NCBI GenBank assembly: GCA_049322955.1
Contig: JBMOPU010000012.1
Coordinates: forward strand, 147,581 to 211,580
From: Patescibacteria group bacterium
GTDB taxonomy: Bacteria > Patescibacteriota > Microgenomatia > UBA10105 > UBA927
DNA length: 64,000 nucleotides
Direction: 5' to 3'
The notes under the pieces are model-generated. The model was not told the origin of the DNA and searched no databases. It was given only the letters and a program-made list of their open reading frames with translations. The translations under genes and the position numbers were made by a program. This document shows, one piece after another, positions 42,606 to 52,058 of the stretch (positions are counted from its first letter, which is position 1; the number at the start of each line of letters is the position of its first letter).

Positions 42606-42654
42606 TGGAGATTGGATTGTCCGTATGCTATGATTCGCATGTTTTATCACAAAC

Positions 42655-43002
42655 ATGAAAGTAACGATTCTTGACGGTGCGGGGCAGAGGAGAGAGCGCT
42701 CACTCAGCGGGAAAGTAACCGTTGAGCGAGTTATTGCCGGACCAGTCGATCATTTGCGTCTGACGGTCGCAAGAAGCAGGGTAGATCGGGTGCAACGGTG
42801 GTTAACCGCCGCATTAAGTACCATCCAGCAATGGGATCAAGGCGGTCATGTGTGGTTTGATGTCGAAGATCCGACTCGAGATAGCGCCATTGTTCCTTTC
42901 TCCGCACAAAAAAAATTGCAAAGCGTCGGGTATGCGCTGACCAATCAGACGGTGCTCCATGTGGAAGCAAACAAACCGCGAAAGAGGAGTGTGGCTGACT
43001 AA
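42655..43002 (+). CDS. hypothetical protein
   Basis: A 115-aa ORF with no recognisable motif. Confidence 0.4.
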   Translation: MKVTILDGAGQRRERSLSGKVTVERVIAGPVDHLRLTVARSRVDRVQRWLTAALSTIQQWDQGGHVWFDVEDPTRDSAIVPFSAQKKLQSVGYALTNQTVLHVEANKPRKRSVAD

Positions 43003-43270
43003 ACAATCTTTTCCCCAATAAAAAAGCATCACTACCGCTAGCATTGGGTTTGGGATTCTAGCTACGAATAGTAATGCCTTTTATATATGGCACCATTCGC
43101 AATGGGCAATCGTGAATGATACCGTCAATCAAAATATCAACACGGCAAAATCTTGTCAAATATTTTTTTGAAGCTAAAATTTTTCTTTTGGATTGTATCG
43201 GTGCGCTAAAAATAGCCAATTTATTTTTTGTTTCAATACATGAATGCTTCATTTTCATTGTGAGATGTTA

Positions 43271-43299
43271 TTGACAAGGTCAATATCCGGCGATACAAT
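43271..43299 (+). promoter_or_regulatory. sigma70 promoter TTGACA-17-TACAAT
   Basis: Consensus hexamers. It drives a leader of about 160 nt that ends in the 43388-43455 hairpin. Confidence 0.55.
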
Positions 43300-43387
43300 G
43301 ACCGAGATTTCAATCTTAATATCTTTTTTCGAGTACCGGAAATACTCTACTTTTTATTTCGGTGTCGAGAGGGGAAAGCGGTGAGAA

Positions 43388-43455
43388 AACGTACTTTGTG
43401 TGGAGGGTTGATAGTTGGGCAGGCTGTCAACTCTCCACTGAGAGTACGTTTTTTT
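43388..43455 (+). terminator. long imperfect hairpin (ACGTACT...GGAGGGTTGA / TCAACTCTCC...AGTACGT) plus a T7 run: leader terminator or attenuator
   Basis: Read directly from the sequence. An upstream GAGTAC segment could form an alternative pairing. Confidence 0.5.
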
Positions 43456-43491
43456 ATGCATGCGTTTGTCTAACACGATGCGGCTGGTTAT

Positions 43492-43845
43492 ATGAGTATG
43501 AAAGAACGCGCGTTTGTCATTCATTGGGATGAAGTACCGGATGATGAAATTAATGATTTACCCGTACATATGCGGGGACCGTCTCGGGTGATAAACGGCG
43601 TTATTCGCCGGGCAACCGATGTTCAACGGGTACCCTTTGTTCCTTCTGACCCTCCGGCTACCGTCGTAATTTATCATCGTCCGCTTGCAATCATGAGCGG
43701 GCTTAGGGACTTTGCAAAAAAAGGAGAATCAGTGGTGTTGTATGGGACAAGGCGCAGTGTCTGTGTGGCGGAAGCATATGACATATTAAGCGCGGTGGTG
43801 GGAAGAGCACATATTCGGGTAAGTAAGGGTGGCACATTTGATTAA
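43492..43845 (+). CDS. hypothetical protein
   Basis: A 117-aa ORF downstream of the leader element. Confidence 0.45.
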   Translation: MSMKERAFVIHWDEVPDDEINDLPVHMRGPSRVINGVIRRATDVQRVPFVPSDPPATVVIYHRPLAIMSGLRDFAKKGESVVLYGTRRSVCVAEAYDILSAVVGRAHIRVSKGGTFD

Positions 43846-43875
43846 TAGTCGTATTCGGGTACTATATGAAGATAT

Positions 43876-44445
43876 ATGCAAAAACCGATTCGCGTGGGAT
43901 TCGATTTTGACGGGGTGATCGCCTATAATCCCGCCCGGCTCGCCAGGCTTCCCATAGCGATAGTGAAGCGGTACCTCTTCGGTGAAAAGAAGATTACGTT
44001 TTTCGTTCCCAAAACACCGATTCAAAAAACATTGTGGGCGGTTGCGCATGAATCAAGTCTGTTTCCGTCCCGCGGTGCCTGGCTACTCAAAAAGCTCACC
44101 AAAGAGGGTGTTATTGAAGCACATCTTGTGACAAGCCGTTTTTCATTTTTGGAACCGAATCTCCGACAGTTTTTGAAACGGTGGGATTTGGAAGATTGTT
44201 TTACCAGCATTACGTTAAACACCGAGGAATTACAGGCACATGAATATAAAGAACAGGTGATCCGTCGGAAAAAATTTGATTATTTTATCGAAGACAACTG
44301 GGATATCGTATCGCATCTGCATCGATCAAACCTGAAAACCAACATACACTGGATTTATAATCTTCTTGACCGACATGTCGTATATACACGCAAGCATCCG
44401 TATCTCGAGCATGCCCTTCAGGCGATTCTTAAAGAAAGGAAATAG
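43876..44445 (+). CDS. HAD-superfamily-like hydrolase
   Basis: Motif I is VGFDFDGVIA and the C-terminal DD-like motif is FIEDN. Confidence 0.55.
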   Translation: MQKPIRVGFDFDGVIAYNPARLARLPIAIVKRYLFGEKKITFFVPKTPIQKTLWAVAHESSLFPSRGAWLLKKLTKEGVIEAHLVTSRFSFLEPNLRQFLKRWDLEDCFTSITLNTEELQAHEYKEQVIRRKKFDYFIEDNWDIVSHLHRSNLKTNIHWIYNLLDRHVVYTRKHPYLEHALQAILKERK

Positions 44446-44448
44446 CAC

Positions 44449-45600
44449 ATGAAGGTGCTTTTTACGGTTACGTATTTTACCCCGTATGTGTCCGGTCTCA
44501 CGCTTGCCGTGCAACGATGGGCGGAAGGGCTGAGTCTTCTCGGTCATCAGGTGACGGTGCTTACCATGCGGCATGATCCGTCGTTACCCCGTACCGCGCG
44601 GCAGGGAGCACTTCATATCCGACGTGTCCCTTGGCTCATAAAAATCAGTAAGGGATTTCTTTCTCTAGTCTGGTGGAAAGAGGCGTGGGAGTTAAGTAAG
44701 CGCCATGATGTCGTGGTGGTCCATTTGCCTCAGCCTGAGGCAATCATCGTCGTCGTTGCGGCAAAGTTACTGGGCAAACGGATTGTCGCGGTGTATCACT
44801 GTGAAATATCGTTGCCTGCGGGATTTTTTTCCCAAATCATCCAATCGCTCATGGAAGTTTCCCATTTTGGGTGCATGATGCTTGCCGATAGCGTCGTTAC
44901 TTATACAACCGATTATGCAACGCACAGCCGACTTATCCGGTTGTGGGAACGATTCACGAAAAAACACATTACTGCAATCGTTCCGCCAATTCCTCTTTTT
45001 GCCGCTTCAAGACGCGACGTTGCCTCGTTTCGGAAAAAGATAGGATCGGCGGATATTGTTCTGGGTCTTGCCGCACGTATTGCCGCAGAAAAGGGCATAG
45101 AGTACTTACTCGCGGCACTGTCACGTATCGGGCGCGCCCATAAGGGAAAACGGGTCATTCTTGCCGTTGCAGGTCCGGTACCGGTCGGTGAAGGATTGTA
45201 CGGCAAGAAGATCTCATCGCTCGTCAAACAGTATGGCAACACGGTCATATTTTTGGGGAGCATTCCTCCGCACATGATGGCATCGTTTTATCGTTGCCTC
45301 GATATATTGGTATTGCCATCTATTAACGGCACGGAAAGCTTCGGTATGGTGCAAGTTGAGGCGATGCTCGCGGGTGTGCCCGTTATTGCCACTTCCTTGC
45401 CCGGCGTGCGGGTGCCGATTCAAAAAACCGGCATGGGTATTCTCATTCCGCCGAAAGATGAAACCGCAATTGCCGACGCGGTGACAGCACTTCTTCGGAA
45501 TCCGGCTTCTTACCGTCGGGAGCAAGCCGACATACGGCGGATTTTTTCCGAGGAAGAGAGTGTCCAGGCAATGGCGACCGTGGTTACAGGTTTATCATGA
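44449..45600 (+). CDS. family 4 glycosyltransferase (GT-B)
   Basis: The N-terminus MKVLFTVTYFTPYVSG and a C-terminal EX7E-type region. Confidence 0.82.
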   Translation: MKVLFTVTYFTPYVSGLTLAVQRWAEGLSLLGHQVTVLTMRHDPSLPRTARQGALHIRRVPWLIKISKGFLSLVWWKEAWELSKRHDVVVVHLPQPEAIIVVVAAKLLGKRIVAVYHCEISLPAGFFSQIIQSLMEVSHFGCMMLADSVVTYTTDYATHSRLIRLWERFTKKHITAIVPPIPLFAASRRDVASFRKKIGSADIVLGLAARIAAEKGIEYLLAALSRIGRAHKGKRVILAVAGPVPVGEGLYGKKISSLVKQYGNTVIFLGSIPPHMMASFYRCLDILVLPSINGTESFGMVQVEAMLAGVPVIATSLPGVRVPIQKTGMGILIPPKDETAIADAVTALLRNPASYRREQADIRRIFSEEESVQAMATVVTGLS

Positions 45601-47251
45601 TGCCGTACTTATCGGAAAAAGGGATATAGGTTGCCTCAGGATAGGTATCGGTAAAATCCTGTTTAAATTCTCCGGGGAGCGTCAGGATAATAACATACCG
45701 GCCGGGTATCTTTGACCGTAGAAAGTCCTGATGGTATTTCGTGGTGATCCCGGGTGCGGTGGTTTGGGGGAAAAACGGAAAGAAATATCCTAACGCAAAC
45801 GACGGAAACGCGGCTACATATATGGATCGTCCGGGATAATATGCGTTGACATGATGGATAATAGCCGCATCCTCAATCATTGCCTCTTCCTTGGTCGCCG
45901 TTTGCACATAATGAATATTGATGCCCGCATAGATCGCCAATGCGACCATCGCGATGAAAAACGGCACCCGTTTTTTCAGAGTAAGGAGGGCAAATGGTGA
46001 TGCGGATATTACGGCGATGAAGGGGAATGCGAGTGTCAGTCGATGATACGCGGGCGGAGGAATGGTGAGTACCATACCCGTGATATACGTCAACACAACG
46101 GTAAGCATAATCAGCCAAATTGCGATATGCCGAGACATTCTTATGAACAGAAACGCCGTGCCCCAGAGAAAAAACAGGAGTCCTACCGGCGGAAAAAATG
46201 CCTGCTGATGAAACGTATAGCCACCGTGTCCGCCGACCCCGTCCTTCACAAAAGATGAAAGCGAAAGAACGGTGTTATCCCATATGACTTTTCCCGTTTC
46301 CGACACCGTATGGCCGGCCGTTTTATACACGGACCAGGTGCCGTTGATAAGCGACACCTGTTGTATCCTTCCCGCAAAATAGTTTTCTTGTGTCAGTGCA
46401 TACGTCACAAACGGGGCGAGCACAACGATGACGCCGATAGTTATCCAGGTGATGATGCGGACGGGATGGGCCTTCCTGGCAAACAACGCGTGAATAACCG
46501 CGACAAGAAGGATGGGAAGAGCGATATACGAGGAAGGATACGACAGATAACACAGTCCTGCGGTGATTCCGGTCGTTACCAGACGAAAGCGCGTGTAGCG
46601 CTTTTGCAGACGCAGGAGAGAAACAAAAAAGAGCATATAAACCGCGGTGCTTGAGATAAAGTGCAGTCCCAGTGTTTCATGGTAGATGCTGATTGCCATA
46701 AAGGCATACAGGATAACCGCCGCAATACCGGCTATCCTGCCGAAAAGCGTGCGGGCGATAAGGTAAGTGCATACAGTGACCACGAAAATATACGGAAGTA
46801 CGGAGAGTTTAACCGTAAGGACACTGGCGCCCGTCATACTGAGGAAGAGTTTCTGGAACAGAAAATACGGAGTGGGAAATTTAGCCACCCACGCGTCTCC
46901 CGGGGGAATTCCCGAAAAGAAGTTGGTCGTGAGGGGATGATAATTTTGAGAAAAAGTAGCGGTTAACAGATCATCTCCGTGGATGCGGTCAGGCTGATAG
47001 AGGAGTACCCGTACCACGATCGGGAGGAACATGATGGCGAGAATAAACAGTCTTTTTTTCGTCAATTGCGGAAACGTCATTTTGGGTATCCTTGAGGGGA
47101 TTCCCGCGGTAAGAACGAGCAGAATTGCAAGTGCCCAAAGGAATACAAGCGGCAACGAGTACCGATTTGTCGCAATAAAAAAACACAGATACAGCGTCAC
47201 GGCTCCCGCAAGCAAGAGGGATGCAATGGTGTACGGCCGAGTATTACTCAT
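45584..47251 (-). CDS. large polytopic membrane protein, GT-C (ArnT/PMT)-like putative glycosyltransferase
   Basis: Thirteen or more hydrophobic helices. It is the last gene of a four-gene minus-strand operon. The start is trimmed to MSNTRPY, 4 nt after the upstream stop. Confidence 0.55.
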   Translation of the reverse strand: MSNTRPYTIASLLLAGAVTLYLCFFIATNRYSLPLVFLWALAILLVLTAGIPSRIPKMTFPQLTKKRLFILAIMFLPIVVRVLLYQPDRIHGDDLLTATFSQNYHPLTTNFFSGIPPGDAWVAKFPTPYFLFQKLFLSMTGASVLTVKLSVLPYIFVVTVCTYLIARTLFGRIAGIAAVILYAFMAISIYHETLGLHFISSTAVYMLFFVSLLRLQKRYTRFRLVTTGITAGLCYLSYPSSYIALPILLVAVIHALFARKAHPVRIITWITIGVIVVLAPFVTYALTQENYFAGRIQQVSLINGTWSVYKTAGHTVSETGKVIWDNTVLSLSSFVKDGVGGHGGYTFHQQAFFPPVGLLFFLWGTAFLFIRMSRHIAIWLIMLTVVLTYITGMVLTIPPPAYHRLTLAFPFIAVISASPFALLTLKKRVPFFIAMVALAIYAGINIHYVQTATKEEAMIEDAAIIHHVNAYYPGRSIYVAAFPSFALGYFFPFFPQTTAPGITTKYHQDFLRSKIPGRYVIILTLPGEFKQDFTDTYPEATYIPFSDKYGIMINL

Positions 47252-49031
47252 AGAGCAGGGGTAAAAGATCATTATATGAAATACGCCGGACATTTTTAAG
47301 AATAATAACTTTCGGATGATCATATACGGTGAACGTTTCATCGGCGTAATCGTCGATAACGGTTATCCCGGAGGAAGGACACTCTTCAATCGGGCGTGAT
47401 ACCGCACCATAGGAAAAAAATGGCATACGGAGGCACAACGGAGGGATGGGAAGGGGTATGGTAGGTCGCGAGGTGAATTGTTTGGCTACCGTGTAGCCGA
47501 GTTTTCCGGCAAGCAGATTTTCATAAAATCTACTGGTTTGCGGAAACCGATGTTTTGCCCGGAGTAGTGCTCCATAGGCACGATTACTGGAAAGGATGAG
47601 GTAATCCGAACGGGATAGTACATCGGCAATCTTGGGCATTTTTTCCTTGTCGTCAGGATCAAATGAAGGAAGCTGTATCTGTTGATATACGGAAGGGGAT
47701 AGTTCGCGCATGGGAAACGGAAGCGGATCATCCCAATGTTCCCATGCGATCGCACTTCCCCGGGGAAGTGTCGTATATATCCAAATATTTGCGGCTATCC
47801 GCGAGTGGGTGGTGGTATAGACCGAAAGGAATGCGGTCGGCCACGCAGACAGCGTGATTCCGAGGAGGAATATACCCCAAATACCTGCCGCTCCGGTATG
47901 GGGCAATGATCGGGATATCTTTTTTGCGATTCCGTACAGAAATAATCCGGAAAGCACAGCGAGAGAAGGATAGGCCGTCCAAACGTATCGCATCGGTTTT
48001 GCAAACTGCAATGACTGGTAGGTGAGGACAAGAATAATCCAGGCAATAATGATGCCGATTGCCGTTTTGTTTCTCCCCGAGAGTACGCGAAAAAGGAAAT
48101 AGCAAAATGCGCCGAGCGTGATACTGCCCAGAGGAATACCGAGTCCCCAAACTAGCAGATCCAACGGTACCTGCCATGGATGAACGCCGATCCACTGAAT
48201 ACCGGGTGGAAATCCCGTCGTCGGTCCATCAAAAGAGGCGAGTTGCTTCCAGTTGTTGATGACATCTTGGTTTATCGCCCAACCCGCGAATAGATACGGA
48301 TATGCGACCCGTACGGTCGCCATAAATCCGATAAAAAAACTACTTCCTTGGAGCAGGAGGCGGGAAAAGTGTTTTTTGGTATCAGTTCTCCAATGAAAGC
48401 CGGTGAATAACGCAATGACGCAAATCGGGAGGATAAGAACGGCGGAAATTTTTGCGCTTACGGCAAACCCCACGGCTATACCCGTCAGGATGTCCACTTT
48501 ATGGCGTATCAGGCGGTATAGGGCAATGGTAGTGAATGCGGTGACGTACGGATCAACCGTAAAAAAATGTGATAACTGTATGGGGATCACGGACACGGCG
48601 TAACAAAACCCGGCGAGAATGCCCGCCCAGATACTTTTGGTGAGGTGATAGGCAATAAGGATGACAAAAAATAGCGTGACAAGGTCGGCGGATGCAGACA
48701 GTAATCGGCCAACGATAGCAATGCCGTCATAGGTGGCGCGTCCGGAAAGGGTGGCAATAAGTTTAGTAAGATGCACGGGATAGGTGCCATAGACATAAAA
48801 GGAAAAATCCCTATTATGCGGATTGAGGGGAGAGGCTGACGTATCAAAATATTCGGCAACGGTACGCGGCCAGGATATATTCGTCGCTACCATGGTAAGA
48901 AACCGCTCGTCGGGGTGAAGGTGTGCCGACTGATCCCAATTGATACCCGTAAAGCGAAAAAAAGCGGCAAAAACCATCACTGCGATAGCAAAAAACTTCG
49001 CCGTTCCGGTTACTGTTTCAGTTTGTTTCAT
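47244..49031 (-). CDS. GT39/ArnT-like phospholipid-carrier-dependent glycosyltransferase
   Basis: A first-loop DE motif (HLHPDERFLTMVATNISWP) and many transmembrane helices. The start MKQTETV is 10 nt after the upstream stop. Confidence 0.65.
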   Translation of the reverse strand: MKQTETVTGTAKFFAIAVMVFAAFFRFTGINWDQSAHLHPDERFLTMVATNISWPRTVAEYFDTSASPLNPHNRDFSFYVYGTYPVHLTKLIATLSGRATYDGIAIVGRLLSASADLVTLFFVILIAYHLTKSIWAGILAGFCYAVSVIPIQLSHFFTVDPYVTAFTTIALYRLIRHKVDILTGIAVGFAVSAKISAVLILPICVIALFTGFHWRTDTKKHFSRLLLQGSSFFIGFMATVRVAYPYLFAGWAINQDVINNWKQLASFDGPTTGFPPGIQWIGVHPWQVPLDLLVWGLGIPLGSITLGAFCYFLFRVLSGRNKTAIGIIIAWIILVLTYQSLQFAKPMRYVWTAYPSLAVLSGLFLYGIAKKISRSLPHTGAAGIWGIFLLGITLSAWPTAFLSVYTTTHSRIAANIWIYTTLPRGSAIAWEHWDDPLPFPMRELSPSVYQQIQLPSFDPDDKEKMPKIADVLSRSDYLILSSNRAYGALLRAKHRFPQTSRFYENLLAGKLGYTVAKQFTSRPTIPLPIPPLCLRMPFFSYGAVSRPIEECPSSGITVIDDYADETFTVYDHPKVIILKNVRRISYNDLLPLLYE

Positions 49032-50697
49032 ATCGGCAAATATCCGCGGTTTTATAAAGTCTGAGATCCGTTTGCGCGTTGCGGTATGCATACGAAAGGG
49101 ATTGCCATAATTCCCGATTCGGGTGAAGGTATGACTCGGGTGCAGGGTTGACTTCCGCCCAGTGAACACCGTGCGAACGGAGTTCGTGACAGAGGTTTTG
49201 GATTGTTTTTGCTTCATATATGCGGATAAGTGACGCCTCCCGTACACCCTGGTCGTACCCATAGGACCACGTGAAGTACGTGTATCCCGAGTAGAGTGAT
49301 CGCCCGGCGATGCTCGCAGGGTGGTAAAACCAGGTGGTATTGGCGATCACATCGGTCACCTTTGTATTTGCGGCGATAAATGCCGCATCAGGATTAGCCG
49401 CAATATCAGGAACACTCCCGCTGGTGTCGTTTAAGACGGGGAACAAATCAATGACACCCGATAACGTGAGGAGCAAGACAAGAACCATACCGATGATGAG
49501 ACTTACGATGTGGCGAAGGAAGGGGAGTGTTCGGCTACGGATAACCCGAACCAGCCAGATAACCGCAGTGGCGGAAAACATATTGCCGAGTATAACGGCG
49601 AAGTTGAAAAACTTGTGGTTATTGATCATATCGGAGGAAAACCGGAAACAATTACCCAGAAGGAACAGCACCAATACCGGAGGAGCAAGCGTGCGTCTCG
49701 TTTCTTTCGGCGCTAAAAACATCCCCAGCGGCACAAGGAGCAGGTGAAGACCGATATTTCCCCCCCAAAATTGTAAAAAGGTACGAACCGTTAACGGGGC
49801 ACGCATAAGATATCCGGGTTCCCAGGTAATTACCGAGGTGACGTTCCCCAACAGCCGCACGATGCCGTACGTAACAAGACTTATTCCGAAGCTTATGAAT
49901 AATGCCGGCCGATGCGCTTTCCGCAAAAGGAATAGCCAACCCACAAAAAGCACCGCTATCCCCGTTACGGCAAAGTTAACCGTCATAAGGACGCTGATAA
50001 GGATGCCGAGCCAGACACCCCAGGTTTTGGTAAGTTTCGGTTTTTCATATAAGAGCAGGAGAATAAGGAGGAGGAGTCCGTAAGAAAGCGCGAGGTGGCG
50101 TTGATTGGTATAAATGTTGAGCGTCCAGAAGGCGGTGATGTTTCCGTTATCCCAGGGGCCGAAAACGGGGAATACGCTATTGGTCACAATATCCAAACCC
50201 GTAGAAGGGGACAGGGGATGGCGGGCAAAAAATGAAAGAAATCCGAGTGAGCCGTTGAAAAGAAAAAATATCACCGAAAGAAGCCCTATCCGAACCGATC
50301 GGAAGAGTTTTTTAGCCAGGTAATAAATGCAGAGGAGAAGAAGTGTCATCCCCACAGCACTCGGTATATTAAGTGCCTGATCAATACGAAACCCGATCTT
50401 TTCCAAAAGTCCGACGAATGCGTAAAAACCGAAGTGATAGCGGATCGGTTCTCCCGGATACAGCGGCGACTCTATGGGACGCAACGTCAATAATCTCTGA
50501 AAATTCGGTCCTTCGGAAAACGAACGAATAAGCGGGATGTGCGCGCCGAAATCGCTCCAAAGTTTTGAACCGATACGCATTTCGTTTCGCGATGCATCGT
50601 ATGAGAATCCGCGAGCCATGAGAACATAGGAAAACAAAAATGCCGCGAGCACGGCAAGAAAAAACACACCCCGTGACGACATGATGGTCTGTTTCAT
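49018..50697 (-). CDS. large polytopic membrane protein (GT-C-like)
   Basis: Twelve or more hydrophobic helices. The start MKQTIMSS is 4 nt after the oxidoreductase stop. Confidence 0.55.
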   Translation of the reverse strand: MKQTIMSSRGVFFLAVLAAFLFSYVLMARGFSYDASRNEMRIGSKLWSDFGAHIPLIRSFSEGPNFQRLLTLRPIESPLYPGEPIRYHFGFYAFVGLLEKIGFRIDQALNIPSAVGMTLLLLCIYYLAKKLFRSVRIGLLSVIFFLFNGSLGFLSFFARHPLSPSTGLDIVTNSVFPVFGPWDNGNITAFWTLNIYTNQRHLALSYGLLLLILLLLYEKPKLTKTWGVWLGILISVLMTVNFAVTGIAVLFVGWLFLLRKAHRPALFISFGISLVTYGIVRLLGNVTSVITWEPGYLMRAPLTVRTFLQFWGGNIGLHLLLVPLGMFLAPKETRRTLAPPVLVLFLLGNCFRFSSDMINNHKFFNFAVILGNMFSATAVIWLVRVIRSRTLPFLRHIVSLIIGMVLVLLLTLSGVIDLFPVLNDTSGSVPDIAANPDAAFIAANTKVTDVIANTTWFYHPASIAGRSLYSGYTYFTWSYGYDQGVREASLIRIYEAKTIQNLCHELRSHGVHWAEVNPAPESYLHPNRELWQSLSYAYRNAQTDLRLYKTADICRYETN

Positions 50698-50701
50698 ATT
50701 G

Positions 50702-51988
50702 TTACGCGTTTTCCGAAAGTATGGCGGTTGCCGCGGTAATCCCGAGTTCCACGGCATAGTTCGTCCCTCTGTCCCACGGCACCACGAAATCCATGTTGGC
50801 AAGGTAGGTATGGGGAACGGGTGTTTTGATAGGCGGAATACGTGTTGAATACCTCAATTCGTGCACCGGTTGGGCAAATGGGCCGACAAAAAGGAACGCA
50901 TCGGTGATTTTTACATTTCCCTCACTTTCGGCAAGTCTTCGTATATACGGCATAAATGTTTTGAGGAGTTCTTGTTTGGTGAAAGAAAGATACGGATGAC
51001 CCTGAGGGAGATAGTTTCCGAAATAGGTGAGATGTTTGCCTCCATAGTGCGACGCATCCATAAAATTGGTATGTGCGACCGCCGCAAGAAACGGATACGT
51101 CCGGTCATTTACATTCAGCCAATAGATATTTTTGAGGATCGGCCTTGTCGTCTCAACAATAAGTACCTGCGCATGGACGTGCGGAATCTCGGCAAGCCCG
51201 TTCGAATAGTTGCCGTTGAGCGCCGGCATGATGCGAAGCGCAAGGGGGGTTGGAACGGTAAGAAGGATGCGATCAAAGGTTTGTTTCCCATTTTTCCAGG
51301 TCAGCTCGATTGATCTGTCTTTTTTTTGCACGATTTTTTCAATCGGCGTGCCGGTTCTGATGACACCGCCCTGTGCCGTAATACGGTCCTGAAGCGCTTC
51401 GATAAGCGTATGAAACCCTCCGTCTATATAGCATAGCGACGGAGTGCGCTTCACTATCCTTGCCCAAAACCAGGAGGCGGCAATTTTTGGCGCATACATA
51501 TGAAATTTCCCATACATAAGAGGCTCCCAGAGCGTCTTCCAGGCATTTTTCCCACCGATTGCAATCAAAAGTTGTTCAGTACGAAAGCGCTCCAAGAGTC
51601 GCCAAAATGGAAAGAGTTTGAGAAATCCCAAGAGGATTGCGGTCCGAACTTTGTCGATCGGTGAAAGCCCCGGGAAGGTAAAAAGATTCACCGGGGAATC
51701 CAATTGATAGAATTTTTCGTGCCACATGGTGGATGTGATCGGGCGTTTGATGATGAGTTTGTCTTCAATGTCCAGTTCCTTGATAAGTCCGATGATGGCG
51801 CGATCGTTGGTGAAAAGATGATGGTATGCGCCTTCAATATGCCAGTCCCAGGTTTTCTTCCGAAACCCGTAGGCCAACCCGCCAAGTGTTGTTTCTTTTT
51901 CAAAGACGGTAACCGAATGTCCCGCTTTTGTAAGCTGATATGCCGCGGTGAGTCCGGTAAAACCGCCGCCGATTATTGCAATTTCCAT
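50702..51988 (-). CDS. FAD-dependent oxidoreductase (amine-oxidase/phytoene-desaturase-like Rossmann fold)
   Basis: An N-terminal dinucleotide-binding motif IAIIGGGFTGLTAAYQL...VFEK...GG. The start is set at MEIAII. Confidence 0.72.
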   Translation of the reverse strand: MEIAIIGGGFTGLTAAYQLTKAGHSVTVFEKETTLGGLAYGFRKKTWDWHIEGAYHHLFTNDRAIIGLIKELDIEDKLIIKRPITSTMWHEKFYQLDSPVNLFTFPGLSPIDKVRTAILLGFLKLFPFWRLLERFRTEQLLIAIGGKNAWKTLWEPLMYGKFHMYAPKIAASWFWARIVKRTPSLCYIDGGFHTLIEALQDRITAQGGVIRTGTPIEKIVQKKDRSIELTWKNGKQTFDRILLTVPTPLALRIMPALNGNYSNGLAEIPHVHAQVLIVETTRPILKNIYWLNVNDRTYPFLAAVAHTNFMDASHYGGKHLTYFGNYLPQGHPYLSFTKQELLKTFMPYIRRLAESEGNVKITDAFLFVGPFAQPVHELRYSTRIPPIKTPVPHTYLANMDFVVPWDRGTNYAVELGITAATAILSENA

Positions 51989-52058
51989 GTTTTCAATTGT
52001 ATCAAATAGGATTTTTCTTGCAGAACCGGATGTCGGTGCAGTATATAATGAATCCCAT

